The notes: generated by a model from the letters alone, not told the origin. 64,000 nucleotides of DNA from Anaerohalosphaeraceae bacterium (GCA_963675525.2 CAXXSL010000016.1:640001-704000); one strand, 5' to 3'. Shown: positions 8,841 through 18,863, counted from the stretch's first letter. A program made the numbers and translations.

Positions 8841-10099
8841 GTTAATTGCTGGAATCCGTAACTTTCAAAGGCTTCCATGCACTCGGCATCCGAAGGATAG
8901 CTGACCTTCATTTCCATAATCAACTCAGCAGGCGAATCGCCGATTTTATCCCACCATTCAATCAGGTAAGGCATATGGGTGCGGCTATCCAGATAACCTC
9001 TCCATGTTCTTTTGATTTTAGTCTGGTTGCTCAGGGTTTCTTTCCAGGACCATTCATAAATCTTAACGTTTAAACCATCCTCAAGGACGGCATCTGAAAT
9101 ATATTCCCAGTCATAGGACTCCGGTAATTCTGAAATCTTTTTAAAGGGCAGCAAGCCCCAAGGACGCTCCAGTTCCATTTTGCTCTGGTATGGAACCAAT
9201 TGCACGGTTCCCTCATGATTTTGGTAAATTTTCCCTGACCGTTTATCCACCAAAAAAACATTTTCTTCATGCTGGAACAGGTAGGCCCCAAGCCCCTCTG
9301 AAATCCAAATATTTTCCAGTTCCTTTGGCCCGCCAAACTTCTGAATATGCGCATTCTTCTGAATATGCGCATTCCGCACAGTCTCTAAATTCGCGTAGAG
9401 CTGCCTGGCATCCAGCGCTTTAACATCTCCTGTTGGCAGCACCAGCAGAATGGCAAAAAGAATGGCCGCGGCAATTCCGCTTGCCGCCCAGGCAGAAACC
9501 GGGTGTTTTCGTACCTCTCGTCGCGGCAGTGCAGGTTGGAGTTGCCGACGTTCAACATCGGTTACAAACGAATCCGCCACCCATTCCTGTTCGGGATGTT
9601 CAGATGTTACACGCAGACGGGTTAGAACCATTGAACCGGCCTTGTCTTTGACTTCATCGAGCACTTCCCGTATCTGGGTGTCAAGCTCAACGGCGGAATC
9701 ATGGCCTGTCAAATAACAACCGGCCTTCATTAACTGTAAGCTTGAAAGACCCAGCGAAGCAATTGACTGAAGGCTCTTTTGGCATTCCGGACAGTTTTCA
9801 ATATGAGCCGTAACCGGCGTCTGGTGTTTGAGTTCAAGTTCGAAAATCAAAAGCGACGGCAACAGCGGTTTTATCAAATCACAGGAAACCCACCGGTCCA
9901 GTAATTGATAATGACACTGAAGATATTCCGGCGTCACCGGCGACTGAGCAGATGACGGTTCCTGCAACATCCCACGCAATCGCTCCAGTTCCCCTAAACA
10001 AACGGAACATTGCTCGATATGGGCCCTGCCCGGTTGGGGAACGGCCTCTATCTGATGCAGATAATCATAGTAATATATTCTCACATTTTCACACTTCAT
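8714..10099 (-). CDS. Transmembrane anti-sigma factor with two zf-HC2 (ZAS) motifs and a periplasmic domain
   Basis: HIEQCSVC and HIENCPEC motifs; TM helix AASGIAAAILFAILLV; overlaps the upstream ECF gene by 4 nt. Confidence 0.8.
   Translation of the reverse strand: MKCENVRIYYYDYLHQIEAVPQPGRAHIEQCSVCLGELERLRGMLQEPSSAQSPVTPEYLQCHYQLLDRWVSCDLIKPLLPSLLIFELELKHQTPVTAHIENCPECQKSLQSIASLGLSSLQLMKAGCYLTGHDSAVELDTQIREVLDEVKDKAGSMVLTRLRVTSEHPEQEWVADSFVTDVERRQLQPALPRREVRKHPVSAWAASGIAAAILFAILLVLPTGDVKALDARQLYANLETVRNAHIQKNAHIQKFGGPKELENIWISEGLGAYLFQHEENVFLVDKRSGKIYQNHEGTVQLVPYQSKMELERPWGLLPFKKISELPESYDWEYISDAVLEDGLNVKIYEWSWKETLSNQTKIKRTWRGYLDSRTHMPYLIEWWDKIGDSPAELIMEMKVSYPSDAECMEAFESYGFQQLTYGDQGELLKILPVASKTGSTDEGFFLPTWPSAKTALNFPAE
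9338..9373. repeat. Exact 18-bp tandem duplication (CTTCTGAATATGCGCATT x2)
   Basis: Produces NAHIQK-NAHIQK in the anti-sigma protein. Confidence 0.95.
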
Positions 10100-10659
10100 A
10101 ACGTTCCCCTTCTTTCCTTATCAGCACTTGCTGATCCCTTGACGATCTGACGTAATTTTTTAAGCCCTACGGAAACATAACGAATCAATGTTTCCTTTTT
10201 TACATTCATTCTTTGAGCAGCCTGCTCATTGTCGTAATGATATTTAAACCGAAGCAAAACAGCTTCTGCCTCTTTTTCAGATAAATACTCACGGATCATT
10301 TCCACGGCTTTATCCATTTGTTCTGCCGAAAACAGTTCCTGTTCGGGCTGGTTTTCCGCTTTATCGATCTGTTTTTCGAGATATTCTTTAAATTTCAATT
10401 CCTGAGAAATTTTCCGTCTGAGGAACTCATTGGCTTTATTTACCACGAGACGAAATAAATAGCTTTTAATATTCTGAATTCCATCCAGATCACTTTTCGC
10501 CGACAACGCAATAAAAACCTCTTGGTAAATATCTTCCCTGTCTTCAGAGTTTCTCGCGGAAAATCGAATCACAGACTGAATAAATTCATCAAACTCCTGA
10601 TATATCTTCATCAAGATATCCGAGTCGTCAGTGACGTGATTCTGTTCGCATTGATCCAT
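10096..10659 (-). CDS. ECF RNA polymerase sigma factor
   Basis: DREDIYQEVF and YLFRLVVN (region 2); LSEKEAEAVLLRF...AAQRMNV (region 4). Confidence 0.9.
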   Translation of the reverse strand: MDQCEQNHVTDDSDILMKIYQEFDEFIQSVIRFSARNSEDREDIYQEVFIALSAKSDLDGIQNIKSYLFRLVVNKANEFLRRKISQELKFKEYLEKQIDKAENQPEQELFSAEQMDKAVEMIREYLSEKEAEAVLLRFKYHYDNEQAAQRMNVKKETLIRYVSVGLKKLRQIVKGSASADKERRGTL

Positions 10660-11034
10660 TACAAGGTCCTATAGTTGTCCTAATCCTTACTTGTTTACAA
10701 CGCTTATTGAAGCAACGCAAACACTATATCTCTATTAACTTTTAAAAACAACCATTCGGGCATGTTTTTCCCACTAAAATAAAGTTGTTTTCGGTGGCAG
10801 AAAAATTGATAATTTTTATGGATTTTAAGAAAATATTAATTGTTTTGTTACCAGGCACAATAGAATCCGCATTGAATGATTGGTTGTAAAGAGATTGTGT
10901 CTTTTTTGTGCAGTTTTGCCTTATGAGTAATTGAATTTTAATCCCGGCAAAGAAAGATTTCCGGCTAGAAAAACCGAATCATGCTCTGAAAGCCTGTTTG
11001 ACCATTCCAAATATGGAAACCAGCACTCCATTTT

Positions 11035-12468
11035 TCATGATGTGCCTGTTGGCTTATCGATCTGCATTGAAAAGTAATTTCGGGCATTATTGAAGCTGAT
11101 ATCCTCAACCATTTGTCCCAATAGCTTCATGTCTTTGGGCCAGAAGCCTTTTTCGACCTCTTCGCCGAGCAGATTGCACAGAATCCGCCGGAAATATTCG
11201 TGACGGGAATAGGACAGAAAACAGCGCGAATCGGTCAGCATTCCCACAAACCGGCTTAACAAACCCAGATTCGACAAGGCGTCCATCTGTTTAATCATGC
11301 CGTCCATCTGGTCCAAAAACCACCAGCCCGAACCAAACTGCAGTTTCCCCGGCGTCTTTCCGTCCTGGAAGTTGCCCAGCATGGTCGCCAGCACTTCATT
11401 GTCTTTGGGATTCAAATTATACAGAATCGTCGGAGCCAGTTTGTCTTCGGACGCCAGGCGATTGAGATATTTCGACAACGGCTGTGCAATTTCCCAGTCT
11501 GCAATCGAATCAAATCCCGTATCCGGCCCCAGTTGGCTTAACATCCGCGAATTATTATTGCGAAGCGCGCCCAGATGAAGTTGCTGGACCCAGCCTTTTT
11601 CATGGTCCATCCGGCCGAATTCTATCATCATCGCGGATTTAAACTTCTCGCAATCATCAAACGATAATTCTTCATTACCTCGTATCTTACTGAAAATCTT
11701 TTTGATCTCAGCATCGGTATAGTCGGCGGCAAACGGACGGTCCAGACCGTGGTCGCTCAGCCGGCAGCCGTTTTGGTGAAAATAGTCATGCCGGTTGCGA
11801 ATCGCCTTTAGATACGCATCAAAGCTGTTGATGTCAGTATCGGTTAACTCCGCCAGTTTGTCGATCCACGCATTCTGTGCGGCCTGATTTTCAGGAGCCA
11901 TTGCTTTATCCGGCCGCCATGCCGTATGCACGGCCACCTCAAACCCATCGGAGGCAATGGCCTGATGATATTCCAGACTGTCCAGCGGGTCCTCAGTCGT
12001 ACAGACCAGCTTGACGTTCCACTTGCGCATGATATTGCGAACACTGAATGCCTCGGTCTTGAGCATCTCACTGCATGCTTGGTAAATCTCTTCGGCTGTT
12101 TCGCCATTGAGCAATTTGTCTTTGATACCGAAGGGTTTTTTCAATTCCAGATGCGTCCAGTGATAGAGCGGATTGCGAATACAAGCGGGAACGGTCTGTC
12201 CCCACTTTTCGAATTTTTCCCAATCGGACGCATCGCCGGTACAGTATCGCTCATCGACACCGTTGGTTCGCATGGCGCGCCATTTATAGTGGTCGCCATA
12301 CAGCCAGATTTGAGTTAGATTATCAAAATTGCTGTCATCGGCAATTTGTGCGGCGGGCAGATGGCAATGATAATCATAAATCGGCATTTTCGCCGCGTGG
12401 TTGTGATAAAGTCGCCGCGCGGTCTCATTCTGCAGCAGGAAATCTTCATTCATATAGTCAAACGCCAT
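11035..12468 (-). CDS. uxaC: Uronate isomerase
   Basis: DYHCHL, GDHYKWRAMR, NPLYHWTHLEL, GSGWWFLDQ, GMLTDSR and RHEYFRR; start at MAFDY with GAGG RBS. Confidence 0.96.
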   Translation of the reverse strand: MAFDYMNEDFLLQNETARRLYHNHAAKMPIYDYHCHLPAAQIADDSNFDNLTQIWLYGDHYKWRAMRTNGVDERYCTGDASDWEKFEKWGQTVPACIRNPLYHWTHLELKKPFGIKDKLLNGETAEEIYQACSEMLKTEAFSVRNIMRKWNVKLVCTTEDPLDSLEYHQAIASDGFEVAVHTAWRPDKAMAPENQAAQNAWIDKLAELTDTDINSFDAYLKAIRNRHDYFHQNGCRLSDHGLDRPFAADYTDAEIKKIFSKIRGNEELSFDDCEKFKSAMMIEFGRMDHEKGWVQQLHLGALRNNNSRMLSQLGPDTGFDSIADWEIAQPLSKYLNRLASEDKLAPTILYNLNPKDNEVLATMLGNFQDGKTPGKLQFGSGWWFLDQMDGMIKQMDALSNLGLLSRFVGMLTDSRCFLSYSRHEYFRRILCNLLGEEVEKGFWPKDMKLLGQMVEDISFNNARNYFSMQIDKPTGTS

Positions 12469-12510
12469 CAGGTGCCTCACAAACTTAACAGTTGACAATG
12501 TACTTTCATT

Positions 12511-13964
12511 TTAAACCACATAGGTCGAAGCAGCGGTATCGCCGCCGCGACCGGTCCAGTTGGTATGGAAAAACTCGCCGCGTGGTTTATCCAGACGTTC
12601 GTACGTGTGAGCGCCGAAGTAGTCACGCTGCGCCTGAAGCAGATTGGCGGGCAGGCGTTCTGCGCGATAGCCATCAAAGTATGCCAGAGCCGAGCTGATA
12701 GCAGGCATCGGAACACCCATATTCACAGCAGCGATAACAACACGACGCCAGGCATCCTGTGCCTTAACAACGGCATCGGTGAAGAATGGATCCAACAGGA
12801 GGTTGTCCAGATCTGCATTGTTATCAAAGGCATCTTTGATCTTGCCGAGGAAGACCGAGCGAATGATACAACCGCCTCGCCACATCAGGGCGATGCCGCC
12901 GTTGTTGAGGTTCCATCCGTATTCAGCGGCCGCAGCACGCATGAGTTGGTAGCCCTGTGCATAGCTGACGATTTTGGATGCGTACAATGCCTGACGCAAG
13001 TCGTCAATCATCTGTTTTTTGTCACCATCAAAAGCTTTATTGGGACCGGAAAGAACTTTTGAAGCGGCAACGCGTTCGTCCTTCAATGCTGACAGGCAAC
13101 GTGCAAAGACCGCTTCGGTAACCAGTGTCAGAGGTTGACCGCAGTCCAGTGCTGAAACAGCGGTCCACTTTCCGGTGCCTTTTTGGCCGGCGGTATCGAG
13201 GATTGCATCGACCACTTCCTGGCCGTTTTCATCTGTGTAACCCAAAATGTCACGAGTAATTTCGATCAGGTACGAATCCAGCTCGCCTTCGTTCCATTCC
13301 TTGAAGACTTCGTGCATTTCTTCGTTGCTCATGCCCAGCCCCTGCTTCATCATCTGGTACGTTTCGCAGATCATCTGCATGTCGCCGTATTCGATGCCGT
13401 TATGCACCATCTTGACAAAGTGACCGGCGCCGTTTTCGCCGACCCAGTCGCAGCAGGGCTCACCGGAGTCCGTCTGAGCACAGATTTTCTGGAAGATCGG
13501 CTTGACCGCATCCCACGCGGCGGGCGATCCGCCCGGCATAATCGACGGACCTTTCAGCGCGCCTTCTTCGCCGCCGGAAACACCGGTACCAATGTAAAGT
13601 TTGCCCTTGCTCTCAACATATTCGGTTCGGCGAATGGTGTCGGGAAAGTGACTGTTACCGCCGTCGATGATAATATCGCCATCCTCAAGCACAGGAAGCA
13701 CCTGGTCGATGAACGCATCGACAGGTTTGCCCGCCTTGACCATAATCATCACCTTACGCGGGGTTTTCAACGACTGAACCATTTCCTCGACGCTGTGGCA
13801 ACCGATAGAATATTTTTACCCTTGGCCCGGCCGGCAGTGAAATCATCGACTTTCGAAACGGTACGATTATAACAGGCTACGGTGAAGCCTTTGCTTTCCA
13901 TGTTCAGGATAAGATTCTCACCCATCACTGCTAATCCAACAACTGCAATATCTGCCTTTGACAT
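12511..13964 (-). pseudogene. gnd: 6-phosphogluconate dehydrogenase (decarboxylating), split by a frameshift near 13807
   Basis: The N-terminal part GLAVMGENL...YNRT (13767-13964) and the rest ([23 protein letters not shown]; 12511-13782) are in different frames. Could be real or a sequencing error. Confidence 0.85.
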
Positions 13965-14014
13965 TTTTACTTCTCCATATATTGAAATAATTTTTTCGTG
14001 TTACAGTTTTATTA

Positions 14015-15088
14015 TTAACGTTTCACTCGTGCGTTGCCTTCCCAGATGCTCCAGACCTGCTCTTCATCGGCAGGCTGGCCATAATCGGTCAGCATGGTCG
14101 TTGCCAGGGCGCCGGTTGCCCAGCCGAAGCGGGCACATTTTTTCACATCCCAGCCCTTGAGGATGCCGTACAGCAGGCCGCCGACAAATCCGTCACCGCC
14201 GCCAATACGGTCCAGAACGCCGATTTCGCGCGGCTTGATGATTTCCCAGTCTTTGCTGTCCGTCACCAAGGCACCCCACATGTGGCAATTAGCCGATACC
14301 ACTTCACGCAGGGTCGTTCCATAATATTTAGCGTTGGGATACGCCTTTTGAACCCGGCCGATCATTTCCTTAAAGCCGTCAATTTTCGCATCCAGCCCCT
14401 GACCGCCGGCTTCCGGACCTTCGATGCCCAGGCAAAGCTGAAAGTCCTCTTCGTTGCCGATGAGAATATCGCTCAGCGAAGCAATCTCCGCAAACGCTTC
14501 ATGAAGTTCCTTTTCGCGCCCTTTCCAGAAACTGGCGCGGTGGTTCAAATCGAACGATATTCTCGAACCGTTTTTCTTGGCAATGCGGGCAACATCCAGA
14601 CAAAACTTGCTGGTCTTCGGCGACAGCGCCCCAATGAGACCCGACAGATGTACAATCTCAGCACCTTCTTTGGCAAAGATGCGTTCCATGTCGAACTGTT
14701 CGCTGCTCAGTTCACGTCCGACTTCGCCGGCCCGGTCATTCTGCACACGCGGGCCGCGCGATCCCCAGCCGCTGTCGGCCATGTTGATTTGATGACGAAA
14801 GCCCCACGGTCCGCCCTGCTCAATTTCAGGCCCCTCAAAATCCATTCGCCGACTGCCGAGGTTATCCTTGATAAAATGCGCGACCGGGCTGCCCTTGACA
14901 AAGGCCGTTAATACCTTGACCGGGAACCCAAGATAGGAGGCTACACTGGCAACATTGCTTTCTGCACTGGTCGCCTGCATTTTGAAGGTATCGCTGCAAT
15001 GGAAGGGCTGCGAATCAACAGGGGTTAATCGAATACCCATACTGGTTGCAACAAGCAGAGAGTATTTTTTTGATGCCGTTTCAGTCAT
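14015..15088 (-). CDS. PfkB-family sugar-acid kinase (KdgK-like; possibly gluconate/mannonate kinase)
   Basis: SFDLNHR, GNEEDF and DRIGGGDGF motifs; lies between the LarA-family gene and gnd. Confidence 0.85.
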   Translation of the reverse strand: MTETASKKYSLLVATSMGIRLTPVDSQPFHCSDTFKMQATSAESNVASVASYLGFPVKVLTAFVKGSPVAHFIKDNLGSRRMDFEGPEIEQGGPWGFRHQINMADSGWGSRGPRVQNDRAGEVGRELSSEQFDMERIFAKEGAEIVHLSGLIGALSPKTSKFCLDVARIAKKNGSRISFDLNHRASFWKGREKELHEAFAEIASLSDILIGNEEDFQLCLGIEGPEAGGQGLDAKIDGFKEMIGRVQKAYPNAKYYGTTLREVVSANCHMWGALVTDSKDWEIIKPREIGVLDRIGGGDGFVGGLLYGILKGWDVKKCARFGWATGALATTMLTDYGQPADEEQVWSIWEGNARVKR

Positions 15089-15111
15089 TTTTATGCTCCA
15101 CAAACATTTTA

Positions 15112-16377
15112 CTATTTAAAGCGTTCTTTCCACGACCACAACCCCATCCCGGGATTGGAAATATAGAAAATCTCCTCCCCGTTAACTGTATTATAGCCGT
15201 CTTTCAGTTTATGAGGATCGTATCGTTTCATCATATCATTTAGATCAGCGTAAGCAAAATTCACGGACTCAATTTCTTCTTTGGTAATATGCCCTGGGCA
15301 GTAGGTAATCTTAAACCGCCCTTCGGCCGAACCGTGGATCAGATGTGCCGCAGCGCTGAGATTATTCTGTAATTCTTCGTTTTCCCCAACAAGTTGTAAA
15401 ACCTTTTCAGTGCCCACATAACCGTATTTTCGGATCAGGCGGTCGATTTCCTTGTCTTCGCCAAATTCCTTCAGCCCCGGTGCCAGAACAATTAACTCGC
15501 CGCGGTCGACCATTGCCATCCGTGTTCGATAGACACTCTTGTTCCCCAGCCAGGTACTCTTAAACTCTTCCGGCTCCAGATAGACAACGGTTTTTTTAAG
15601 CGGTTGGGCCAGCATCTGAAAATTGACTTTTAATGACAAGGCTGACGCTTGTTGAAAACATTGCTCATCATCACCGATAAACAGTCCGCGTACCGCCTGT
15701 CCGTTTTCCGTGGCCGCGACAACCGTTTGCACATAAATAATCGGGAGTTCTTTGGCAAAATGTTCGGATGCGTAATTGAGAACGCGGCGAACCGGCGTAT
15801 CGGCCCGGCCCATGATATTTTCCATGCCGTAAGCAGCGCCTAAAAAATGGCTCTTATTAATGCCCTCAGCACCGCCGGTGCCGACAAAAATATTTTTATT
15901 GTAATTGGCCATGCCGATGACTTCGTGCGGGACCACCTGCCCGACCGAAAGAATCAGATCGAATCCGCCTTCGACCAGCAGCCGATTGACCTGGGCCGGC
16001 CAACTGAAATCGACCTTGCCGCCGCTGACCTGCCGCACATAATCAGCCGGAACATCGCCCAGCGTCACAACATCATTGCGCCAGTCATGAACACGAAAGA
16101 GGTTTTGTGGGACATCGCCGAACATACGCCTAATTTCCTCTGGGCTCATGGCGAAATGCGTCCCCAGTGCCGGCAGAATATCCGTCATTCTGTCGCCATA
16201 GTATTGCCAGGCGAACTGCGTCAACATGCCCGCACGCGAATAGAATCGGGTAATATCCGGGGGAATCACCAACACTTTTTGTTTGCTGCCAAGTTGACCC
16301 AATGCCGCACACAGACCCTCTTTGAGGTCTTCGGGGCTCAACTTTTCGTTTTCATTTCCTCGAGCGTAATAAAGCAT
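15112..16377 (-). CDS. LarA (lactate racemase/DUF2088) family protein, probable D-mannonate/D-gluconate 2-epimerase (GntE-like)
   Basis: PDITR, PALGTH and VVPHEVIG LarA motifs; context uxaE-uxuB-kinase-gnd. Confidence 0.75.
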   Translation of the reverse strand: MLYYARGNENEKLSPEDLKEGLCAALGQLGSKQKVLVIPPDITRFYSRAGMLTQFAWQYYGDRMTDILPALGTHFAMSPEEIRRMFGDVPQNLFRVHDWRNDVVTLGDVPADYVRQVSGGKVDFSWPAQVNRLLVEGGFDLILSVGQVVPHEVIGMANYNKNIFVGTGGAEGINKSHFLGAAYGMENIMGRADTPVRRVLNYASEHFAKELPIIYVQTVVAATENGQAVRGLFIGDDEQCFQQASALSLKVNFQMLAQPLKKTVVYLEPEEFKSTWLGNKSVYRTRMAMVDRGELIVLAPGLKEFGEDKEIDRLIRKYGYVGTEKVLQLVGENEELQNNLSAAAHLIHGSAEGRFKITYCPGHITKEEIESVNFAYADLNDMMKRYDPHKLKDGYNTVNGEEIFYISNPGMGLWSWKERFK

Positions 16378-16419
16378 TCCATATTCTCTTATGGGTCCGG
16401 GTAAGATTATTGATCGGTC

Positions 16420-17238
16420 TTACACCCCGCCGAAAGCATTGAAGCCGCCGTCGATCGGAATAACGGTTCCGGTAACAAATTTTGAGGCGTCGCTCAGCAG
16501 CCACCGCACCGTGCCGCACAATTCCTCCGGGGCACCAAAACGTCCCATCGGGGTATGGTCTATGATCGTCTTGCCGCGAGAAGTTAATTCGCCGCTGCCC
16601 TCCTGCGTCAGCAGGAATCGGTTCTGCTCAGTCAAAAAGAATCCCGGTGCGATCGCATTGACCCGGATATTCGTCGAATAATTCTGGCACATATGAACCG
16701 CCAACCATTCGGTGAAGTTGCTGACTGCGGCTTTGGCGGCTGAATAGGTTCCGACTTTCGTCAATGCACAGAACGCGCTCATGCTGGAGATATTCAAAAT
16801 GTTCCCTTGCTTCTGTTTGGCCATATATTTGCCGAAAACCTGAGATGGAAGCAATGAGCCGATGAAATTCAGGTCGAAGACCCAGCGGATTGCGTCTGTC
16901 GGCATATCGAAGAATGAAAGCTCATCGGTTGCCGTCGCTTCCTTTTTGTTGCCGCCGGCGCCATTGATCAGAACGTCAATCTTGCCCAGACTTTCAAGAG
17001 CACAATTGAATGCATCCTGAACCTCTGTTTTTTCAAGAACATTCGCACGGATCGGAAGGGCCAGACCACCAGCCGCTTCGATCTCTTTAGCCACCTGGTT
17101 AGCGCGAAATTCATCGTAGTCCATCACACAGACCTTGGCGCCTTGCAGAGCAAGATCCTTGGCGATGGCACTACAAAGCACCCCGGCACCGCCTGTAATC
17201 GCTATAACTTTATCTTTTACACTAAATAAATCATCCAT
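16420..17238 (-). CDS. uxuB: SDR-family D-mannonate oxidoreductase / fructuronate reductase
   Basis: TGGAGVL, NGAGGN, YSAAK and NAIAPGFFLTEQNR; start MDDLF. Confidence 0.82.
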   Translation of the reverse strand: MDDLFSVKDKVIAITGGAGVLCSAIAKDLALQGAKVCVMDYDEFRANQVAKEIEAAGGLALPIRANVLEKTEVQDAFNCALESLGKIDVLINGAGGNKKEATATDELSFFDMPTDAIRWVFDLNFIGSLLPSQVFGKYMAKQKQGNILNISSMSAFCALTKVGTYSAAKAAVSNFTEWLAVHMCQNYSTNIRVNAIAPGFFLTEQNRFLLTQEGSGELTSRGKTIIDHTPMGRFGAPEELCGTVRWLLSDASKFVTGTVIPIDGGFNAFGGV

Positions 17239-17240
17239 CG

Positions 17241-18494
17241 TTAATCCATTTCTGCAAAAAGAGGTTTGATATGCCGTAGGTAAATATTCGAGGTCACACA
17301 TGCCCCAATCGTGTTTTCATGCTCTTCGAGAGCACCGAGAAACACCTCTCCCATTTCCGCCGCTATCTTATAGGCCAGATGCATCAACTGGCGAAAATAA
17401 ATATCGTATTGTTTGCAGGAGGCATCATGCCGCAATGTGCTTGCATACTTTTCGGCGTCCCAGCCGTTCACCGTCTCCGGCAAAACCAGTTTGCCCCTGT
17501 CGATGTCCACGACCGTCGCATACGGTGCACAAAGCTCATCAAACCGCTCATAAGCTTCTTCATAAATACGTTTAGCGATCGCCAGGCCTTCACCGCCGGC
17601 CAGCGCCAGCCCGATGATCTCTTCGAGCCATGTGGTCCCGGCCGTTTTCAGGTGCAGCCCTGCGTCGAATTTTCTAAGGGCCCTGTTGATCGGCTTATAA
17701 ATCGAAAATTTGTCACTGCCGGAATGGACGCTCAGTTTCAGATTGTCAGGCAATCCAAATTCCTGGACGGCCAATTCAATAACCGCAATATCCTGTTCGA
17801 ATTCTTTGGCAAACTGTTTCACGTCACCAATATAATCTACTCCTTTATGAAAGCTGCCGGTAAATTTCGGAGCAATCGTCTGTGCGGGGATGCCTTCTTT
17901 GGCGATCGCAGCCAGGATAAAAAATAACTCCACCGGCGTCTGAGGCGTGTTGGTTTCGTCCATCGAAACCTCGGTCACGAAATTTCCATGCCCCTTGGCC
18001 GATTCAATATGTCGATAGATCTTCCCGGCTTCTTCGATTGCTTTGAGGTATTTTTGGGCAATGGCCCGAAGTTGCTGCTCGCTGACATCAAACACCTCGT
18101 CGATTCCGTCAACTCGCAGATGGCCGGTATATTTGGCGTACTGTTCCACAAAACCGGCAATTTTTTCATCATCGCCTTTTTGACCGATATAGTCGGCGAC
18201 GTCCAGGGTATAAAAGTTACTGGATTCTAAAAATCGATCCACATTACCCAGTTGAATATGGTCGGCATCAACATAGTAGGAGTTTTTCCAGCCTGTCGAC
18301 TTAACCGCTGCGTCAGCGGCATTGCGAGTGTCTGCCGGCGAAGTCCCGATGATCGAATGCTCCCGGTTGGACTTATTCCACACCGGAGCAATATAAATGC
18401 CGTCGGATTGAGCCCGAATGATTCCCTGAAGTTGTGCCTCGCCTTGGTGACCAAATCGATCACCCACACCAAATGTATATTTTTCTAAAATCAT
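17241..18494 (-). CDS. uxaE: Tagaturonate/fructuronate epimerase
   Basis: FGVGDRFG, DADH, EVSMDET, APKF, KLSVHSGSDKF and HLKTAGTTWLE. Confidence 0.9.
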   Translation of the reverse strand: MILEKYTFGVGDRFGHQGEAQLQGIIRAQSDGIYIAPVWNKSNREHSIIGTSPADTRNAADAAVKSTGWKNSYYVDADHIQLGNVDRFLESSNFYTLDVADYIGQKGDDEKIAGFVEQYAKYTGHLRVDGIDEVFDVSEQQLRAIAQKYLKAIEEAGKIYRHIESAKGHGNFVTEVSMDETNTPQTPVELFFILAAIAKEGIPAQTIAPKFTGSFHKGVDYIGDVKQFAKEFEQDIAVIELAVQEFGLPDNLKLSVHSGSDKFSIYKPINRALRKFDAGLHLKTAGTTWLEEIIGLALAGGEGLAIAKRIYEEAYERFDELCAPYATVVDIDRGKLVLPETVNGWDAEKYASTLRHDASCKQYDIYFRQLMHLAYKIAAEMGEVFLGALEEHENTIGACVTSNIYLRHIKPLFAEMD

Positions 18495-18596
18495 CAGTAG
18501 CCTTCCAGATAATAATGGTAGTCCTTTTCGCGGCAAAGATTATAGCCATTCTCATTAACAATAGCAACCATAACCCTTTTTTTGTGGATTAGGCCA

Positions 18597-18684
18597 CATA
18601 TGAAATAAATACCACGCGATGTGAGATTATTTACATTCAACCGGTATCATGTGAAATAAATGTCACATGATGTGAGATTATTTA
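18597..18684. promoter_or_regulatory. Tandem 37-bp direct repeats with an internal palindrome in the divergent uxaE/ROK promoter region (putative operators)
   Basis: 18597-18633 vs 18648-18684 match at 32/37 positions; ATCATGTGA-N8-TCACATGAT at 18646-18671. Confidence 0.6.
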
Positions 18685-18863
18685 TACTCAAATTGACTCG
18701 ATTTTCAAGTTTTTTATTTGAATTCACAAAAAATTGCTTCAAAGTATTGCTTAACAGCATCAATTTCAATATAATAAAAATATTGGATGTATTTGGTTTA
18801 GATTCAAATACGATTGGCTTATAACCTACATGATCTGAGATATTTATTTTCAGTTGAAAAACT

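Noticed and set aside
13795..13825. Programmed -1 frameshift in gnd
   Set aside because: No canonical slippery heptamer or obvious stimulator; mutation or sequencing error is simpler
13183..14911. Plus-strand ORFs 13183-13872 and 14282-14911
   Set aside because: Antisense shadows of gnd and the kinase
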